Shown piece by piece: positions 59,404 to 64,000 of a stretch of 64,000 bases of DNA. The stretch spans positions 2,364 through 66,363 of the forward strand of contig JAYPQA010000018.1 of NCBI GenBank assembly GCA_038131695.1, in the 5' to 3' direction. This DNA comes from Alphaproteobacteria bacterium. Lineage in GTDB: Bacteria; Pseudomonadota; Alphaproteobacteria; Puniceispirillales; Puniceispirillaceae. Within the stretch, counting starts at the first letter, position 1, and each line of letters starts with the position of its first letter. The translations under genes were made by a program, and so were the position numbers. The notes under the pieces are model-generated. The model was given only the letters and a program-made list of their open reading frames with translations. It was not told the origin of the DNA and did no database searches.

Positions 59404-60477
59404 TCAGACCAGACCGCTATGCAGGGCCGGCATATCAGAGGGCACAAAGCCATAATGGCGCAGCCAGCGCATATCGCTGTCATAAAAGGTGCGCAGATCA
59501 GGAATGCCATATTTCAGCATCGCCAGCCGCTCAATCCCCATGCCAAAGGCAAAACCCTGCACCTTGTCCGGGTCATAGCCGCAATTTTCCAGCACCCGCG
59601 GATTCACCATGCCAGAGCCAAGAATTTCCAGCCAATCCTCACCAGCTCCGATTTGCAAGCCGCCGCCTGCGCGCGAGCAGCCAATATCCACCTCAGCCGA
59701 GGGTTCGGTAAAGGGAAAATAGCTGGGCCGAAAACGCACCGGCAAATCTTCCATGCCGAAAAAGGCGCGGCAAAAATCAATCAGCACCGCCTTGAGATGC
59801 CCCATATGAATATCCGGCCCGATAACCAGCCCTTCACATTGATGGAACATCGGCGAATGGGTGGCATCATGGTCAGACCGGTAGGTGCGGCCCGGCACGA
59901 TAATCCGGATCGGCGGCTCGCTGGCCTGCATGGTGCGGATTTGCACTGGCGAGGTATGGGTGCGCAGCACAGGCCGGCTGCCATCCGCACCGGCTTTCAG
60001 GTAAAAAGTATCATGTTCCTGGCGGGCCGGATGTTCAGGCGGGATATTGAGGGCGGTGAAATTATAATAATCGCTTTCAATATCCGGCCCCTCAGCAATG
60101 ACAAAGCCCATATCGGCAAAGATCGCGGCGATTTCTTCCATCACCCGGCTCAGCGGATGCAGGCGGCCCTGGCTTTCCGGCCGGACCGGCAGGGTGACAT
60201 CCACCTTCTCAGCTGCCAGGCGGCTGTTCATCTCGGCCTGGGACAGGCTGGCCTTGGCTGCGGCCAGCGCGTCTGTCACCTCATTTTTCAGCTGGTTGAC
60301 CGCCTGGCCAAAGGCTTTGCGCTCCTCTGGCGGCATACTGCCAAGACGCGCCAGCTCGGCTGAGATATGGCCCTTTTTGCCAAGCGCCTCTACCCGCAGC
60401 TTTTCCAGCGCATCAGAGCTGTCTGCGGCCTTGATAGCCGCCAGCAAGTCTGTTTTCAGATCCTCCAGCCCGGCCAT
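59404..60477 (-). CDS. pheS: phenylalanine--tRNA ligase alpha subunit
   Basis: 357 aa with class II motifs (HPLSRVMEE ..., [32 protein letters not shown]). Confidence 0.95.
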   Translation of the reverse strand: MAGLEDLKTDLLAAIKAADSSDALEKLRVEALGKKGHISAELARLGSMPPEERKAFGQAVNQLKNEVTDALAAAKASLSQAEMNSRLAAEKVDVTLPVRPESQGRLHPLSRVMEEIAAIFADMGFVIAEGPDIESDYYNFTALNIPPEHPARQEHDTFYLKAGADGSRPVLRTHTSPVQIRTMQASEPPIRIIVPGRTYRSDHDATHSPMFHQCEGLVIGPDIHMGHLKAVLIDFCRAFFGMEDLPVRFRPSYFPFTEPSAEVDIGCSRAGGGLQIGAGEDWLEILGSGMVNPRVLENCGYDPDKVQGFAFGMGIERLAMLKYGIPDLRTFYDSDMRWLRHYGFVPSDMPALHSGLV

Positions 60478-60497
60478 GGCTTATGCCCCGGCCTTGC

Positions 60498-60866
60498 TCA
60501 GCTTGCCGCTTTGGCAAGCGCCGCTTTCGACTGTTCCACCATCGCGGCAAAGGCAGCAGGCTCACGCACCGCCAGATCGGCCAGCATCTTGCGATCCACC
60601 TCAATGCCTGCCTTGATAAGGCCGCCCATCATGGCTGAATAGGTCATGCCATGCGTGCGGGCAGCAGCATTGATGCGCTGAATCCAGAGCGCGCGAAACT
60701 CCCGCTTGCGCACGCGCCGGTCGCGATAGGCATATTCACGCGCCTTGTCCACCGCCTGCTTGGCCGTGCGAAATGTATTCTTGCGGCGGCCATAATAGCC
60801 TTTGGCTGCCTTGATGACTTTTTTGTGCCGCGCATGGGCGGTCACCCCTCTGCTTACCCGGGCCAT
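60498..60866 (-). CDS. rplT: 50S ribosomal protein L20
   Basis: 122 aa, [30 protein letters not shown].... Confidence 0.95.
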   Translation of the reverse strand: MARVSRGVTAHARHKKVIKAAKGYYGRRKNTFRTAKQAVDKAREYAYRDRRVRKREFRALWIQRINAAARTHGMTYSAMMGGLIKAGIEVDRKMLADLAVREPAAFAAMVEQSKAALAKAAS

Positions 60867-60924
60867 TCCCGTGCCTCCTTCAAATATCTATCTTTTGAAT
60901 CAGATCAGTGTTCAGCTGTGAAAA

Positions 60925-61122
60925 TCAGCCATAGGGCAGGAATTTCTTCACAATGCGGGCATCCGCATCGGACAGAATCATCGTGCCTCTGGCCTGTCTT
61001 TTCATTTTCTGGGAACGGCGGCGCAGATTGTGGCTGAGAAAGGCAGCCGACCCTCGCACCTTACCTTTGGCGGTCAGCGAAAAGCGTTTTTTCGCACCGC
61101 TCTTGGTCTTCAGTTTGGGCAT
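60925..61122 (-). CDS. rpmI: 50S ribosomal protein L35
   Basis: 65 aa, [14 protein letters not shown].... Confidence 0.95.
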   Translation of the reverse strand: MPKLKTKSGAKKRFSLTAKGKVRGSAAFLSHNLRRRSQKMKRQARGTMILSDADARIVKKFLPYG

Positions 61123-61175
61123 TTTAACCTCGCTTGTGACGTGCTGGTGCTGCCTTTTTTACAAGAACAGCTTTT

Positions 61176-61811
61176 CTAAAACCGGCCAGGCATACCCTTT
61201 TGCACTGGACGCGGCCAATCTTTCAAGCGCGTTTTATAGCCGGTTATCCCACAAAGATCAAAGGGTTTTTTTGCATATTTGGGGGCAAGCACCATGATCA
61301 TCTGGCGGCCTTCCATTTTCGGCATCGCCTCTATCTTGGCGATTTCCTCAATCTCGCCGCGCAGCCGCTCCAGCAATTCGCTGCCCAGCTCAATATGGGC
61401 CATTTCGCGGCCCCGAAAGCGCAGGGTGACTTTCACCTTGTCGCCAGCCGCCAGGAATTTGCGCACCGCCTTCATCTTCACCTCATAATCATGGGTGTCG
61501 ATATTGGGGCGCAGCTTGATTTCCTTGACTTCAATGATTTTTTGCTTCTTGCGCGCTTCATTGGCGCGTTTCTGGGCCTGGTATTTATATTTGCCATAAT
61601 CCAGAATCTTGCAGACTGGCGGCTCAGCATTCGGCTGCAATTCCACCAGATCAAGGCCCAGCCCGGCAGCCTTGTCCAGAGCGGCTTCAAGTTCCAGAAT
61701 ACCCAGCTGATCCCCTTCCGGGCCAATACAGCGCACGCTGCGTGCGCGGATGGCTCCATTGACACGCGGCCCGTCATTGGCCGGTGGCACATCTTGTCGC
61801 AAACGAACTAT
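61176..61811 (-). CDS. infC: translation initiation factor IF-3
   Basis: The conserved body runs [27 protein letters not shown] ... [17 protein letters not shown] ... [15 protein letters not shown]. There is no in-frame ATG. The track uses TTG 61802; I favour ATA 61811, which directly follows an in-frame TAG and a GGAGAG. The last ~30 codons look like a read-through tail. Confidence 0.85.
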   Translation of the reverse strand: MVRLRQDVPPANDGPRVNGAIRARSVRCIGPEGDQLGILELEAALDKAAGLGLDLVELQPNAEPPVCKILDYGKYKYQAQKRANEARKKQKIIEVKEIKLRPNIDTHDYEVKMKAVRKFLAAGDKVKVTLRFRGREMAHIELGSELLERLRGEIEEIAKIEAMPKMEGRQMIMVLAPKYAKKPFDLCGITGYKTRLKDWPRPVQKGMPGRF

Positions 61812-61921
61812 CTATCTCTCCATAGCAGTCAAGCTGAACAGCTGCCAGACACACACGGCCCTGTTCCAGTGATTTTTAGTCATACGAATATCAGTCTGGT
61901 TTTGCAAGCTGTGAGTTTGCA

Positions 61922-63870
61922 TCAGCCTTTTGCCTGCCCGGCTGCCTCATTGCGGGCCAGATCAGGCGGCAGGCAAGCCAGGCGCAGCTGCGCGATTGCT
62001 GCAGCGGCCTCCAGCACTTCCTGATTTTGCGAACCCAGCTGGCGCAGCGCAACGCTTCCGGCCTCTGCCTCACGGTCGCCCAGGGCAAAGATAAACGGGG
62101 TTTTGGCGGTGCTGTGCTCGCGGATTTTATAGCCGATTTTCTCATTGCGCAGATCGGTCTGCACCCGCAGCCCGGCGGCCGCCGCCTGTTCAGCTATCTG
62201 ATTGGCATATTCATTGGCGCGGTCGGTAATCGGACAGATCACCAGCTGCACCGGGGCCAGCCAGGCCGGCATCCGGCCCGCATATTGCTCAATCAAAATG
62301 CCGATCCAGCGCTCCAGAGAACCAAAATCGCCCGGTGCAGCATGACCGGGCGGCGGCGGCTGCCATCTTCGGCGACATATTCTGCATCCAGACGGTCGGG
62401 CAAGACAAAATCCGCCTGCAGCGTGCCGCATTGCCAATCCCGCCCAATCCCAACGCCCAGCACAAATTCCAGCTTTGGCCCGTAAAACGCCCCTTCACCC
62501 GGATTCAGCTCAGTCTCCAGGCCAGCAGCCTCCGTCGCGGCGGCCAGCGCCGCTTCTGCCCGGTCCCAGGTTGCATCATCACCGGCCCGCACCTCTGGAC
62601 GGTCGGAAAATTTAACCCGCACCTCCTCAAAGCCGAAATCGGCATAGACTTCCTGCAACAGATTGCAAAAACCCACCGATTCAGAATTAATCTGATCCTC
62701 AGTACAGAAAATATGGGCATCATCCTGGGTAAAGGCGCGCACCCGCATAATGCCATGCAAGGCCCCGGATGGCTCATTGCGGTGACAAGAGCCGAATTCC
62801 GCCATCCGCATCGGCAAATCACGATAGGAGGTCACCCCCTGGCGATAAATCTGCACATGGCCCGGGCAATTCATCGGCTTGAGCGCCAGCGTGCGATCCT
62901 CTTCTGAGGCAGCGGTGAACATATTCTCGCCGAACTTTTCCCAATGGCCGGACGCTTCCCAAAGCGAGCGGTCGATCAGCTGCGGGGTTTTCACCTCCTC
63001 ATAGCCGGCAGCCGCCAGACGGCGGCGCATATAATTTTCGATTTCCCGATATAAGGTCCAGCCGCGCGGATGCCAGAAGACAGACCCGGTCGCCTCTTCT
63101 TGCAGATGGAACAGGTCCAGCGCGCGGCCCAGCTTGCGATGATCGCGCTTCTCGGCCTCTTCCAGCATTGTCAGATAGGCTTTCAAATCCTTTTCATTGG
63201 CAAAGGCCGTGCCGTAGATTCGCTGGAGCATGGGCCGGTTTGAATCCCCCCGCCAATAGGCCCCGGCCACCTTCATCAGCTTGAAGGCATGGCCCGCCCG
63301 CCCGGTAGAGGCCAGATGCGGGCCGCGGCACAGATCAATGAAATCGCCTTGCGTGTAATAGCTGACGCTCTCGCCAGGCGGAATCGCCTCAACCAGCTCT
63401 ATTTTGAAAGGTTCATTCTTTAGCCGGTAAAAATCCACCGCCTCATCGCGTGTCCATTCGCCGCGCTCAATCACCTCATCGCGATCGACAATTTCATGCA
63501 TCCGCTGCTCTATAACCGCCAGATCATCGGTGCTGAACGGGGTCTCGCGGAAGAAATCATAGTAAAAGCCATTTTCAATCGCCGGGCCAATGGTGACTTG
63601 CGTTTCCGGGAACAGCTCCAGCACCGCCTCGGCCAGAATATGCGCGCAATCATGGCGGATCAGCTCCAGCGCGGCCGCATCCCGGCCGGTAATCAGCGCC
63701 AGGCTGGCATCTTCTTCAATCGGCCGGTTCAGATCCCATTCCGCCCCATTCACCACCGCTGCCAAAGCCGCCTTGGCCAGCCCCGGACCAATATCAGCAG
63801 CAATCTGGGCAGCGGTGACCGGCCCCGGATAGGCGCGCTGGCTGCCATCGGGCAGGGTTATTACAGGCAT
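61922..63870 (-). pseudogene. thrS: threonine--tRNA ligase, one frameshift (essential gene; break may be a sequence error)
   Basis: ORFs 62293..63870 and 61922..62437 together give ~648 aa ([30 protein letters not shown] plus the anticodon-binding domain). The switch is at the A4 run 62324-62327 (MLHRAI | [11 protein letters not shown]), consistent with one missing T in a T5 run on the coding strand. Confidence 0.9.
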
Positions 63871-64000
63871 GGCAGTTTCTTCTTCACAACAAAAGTCACA
63901 TTTCTGTCCGCTCGCCTCCCTGTGCAGCGGCTACAGCAGGCCACAGACAGGGCTGGCAGGCATTCCGGACCGACCTTAATCATGCCGACGCCTCCAGACA

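Noticed and set aside
1509-63870. Programmed ribosomal frameshifting as the explanation for the split genes
   Set aside because: None of the affected families (PaaZ, PheT, ThrS, NfsA and the others) is known to use programmed frameshifting. The sites lack slippery heptamers with downstream structures, and the directions are mixed (+1 and -1). Sequence error, decay or transcriptional slippage are the more economical hypotheses.
63871-64000. Possible gene start or leader upstream of thrS at the right edge
   Set aside because: Only 130 nt are visible, with no ORF having an RBS or recognisable motif and no clear T-box or hairpin structure by eye. I make no call.

Overview
This is a 64-kb chromosomal segment of a fairly GC-rich (roughly 55-60% by eye) proteobacterium. 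Gene content and order look alphaproteobacterial, but the taxon cannot be fixed from sequence alone.

The left ~52 kb is a patchwork of accessory catabolic neighbourhoods:
1. A phenylacetate (paa) cluster: paaG-paaI-paaK on the minus strand, and paaZ, paaX and paaABCDE on the plus strand.
2. A TRAP transporter with an embedded two-subunit Rieske ring-hydroxylating oxygenase, followed by DUF3237, MFS and SDR genes.
3. A homogentisate operon (hmgA, FAH-family hydrolase, MBL-fold protein) with a MarR regulator. It is bracketed by two paralogous pairs of an FAD monooxygenase and a ~70-aa partner ORF. VOC and nfsA-like genes lie next to it.
4. galM, an M20 peptidase, a peptide-type ABC transporter, an SDR and a DmpA-type aminopeptidase.
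5. Kynureninase divergent from a cupin protein.
6. A strongly decayed stretch: beta-hydroxyacid dehydrogenase, TIM-barrel sugar isomerase, BMP lipoprotein, NagB-like and EamA genes.
7. A GntR-controlled locus with a long PIG-L deacetylase and a sugar ABC transporter that carries an embedded argininosuccinate-lyase-family gene.

tRNA-Ser(GGA) lies at 51.8 kb. The right 12 kb is core housekeeping: lepA, leuA, pheST, rplT, rpmI, infC and thrS.

The most striking property is that about 19 of ~63 protein genes are interrupted by frameshifts, including essential pheT and thrS. Most breaks sit at short homopolymers. A hot spot at 35-44 kb has several indels and in-frame stops per gene.

I see no CRISPR array, transposase, integrase, phage genes or recognisable defence or toxin system, and I cannot honestly claim a wholly new system. 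The best leads are:
- the duplicated hydroxylase plus small-partner pairs around hmgA;
- the MBL-fold protein with an atypical motif that occupies the slot where a maleylacetoacetate isomerase is expected;
- the GntR / PIG-L / ASL-family sugar locus;
- an odd repeat-rich, AT-rich scar with an RTX gene remnant between leuA and pheT.
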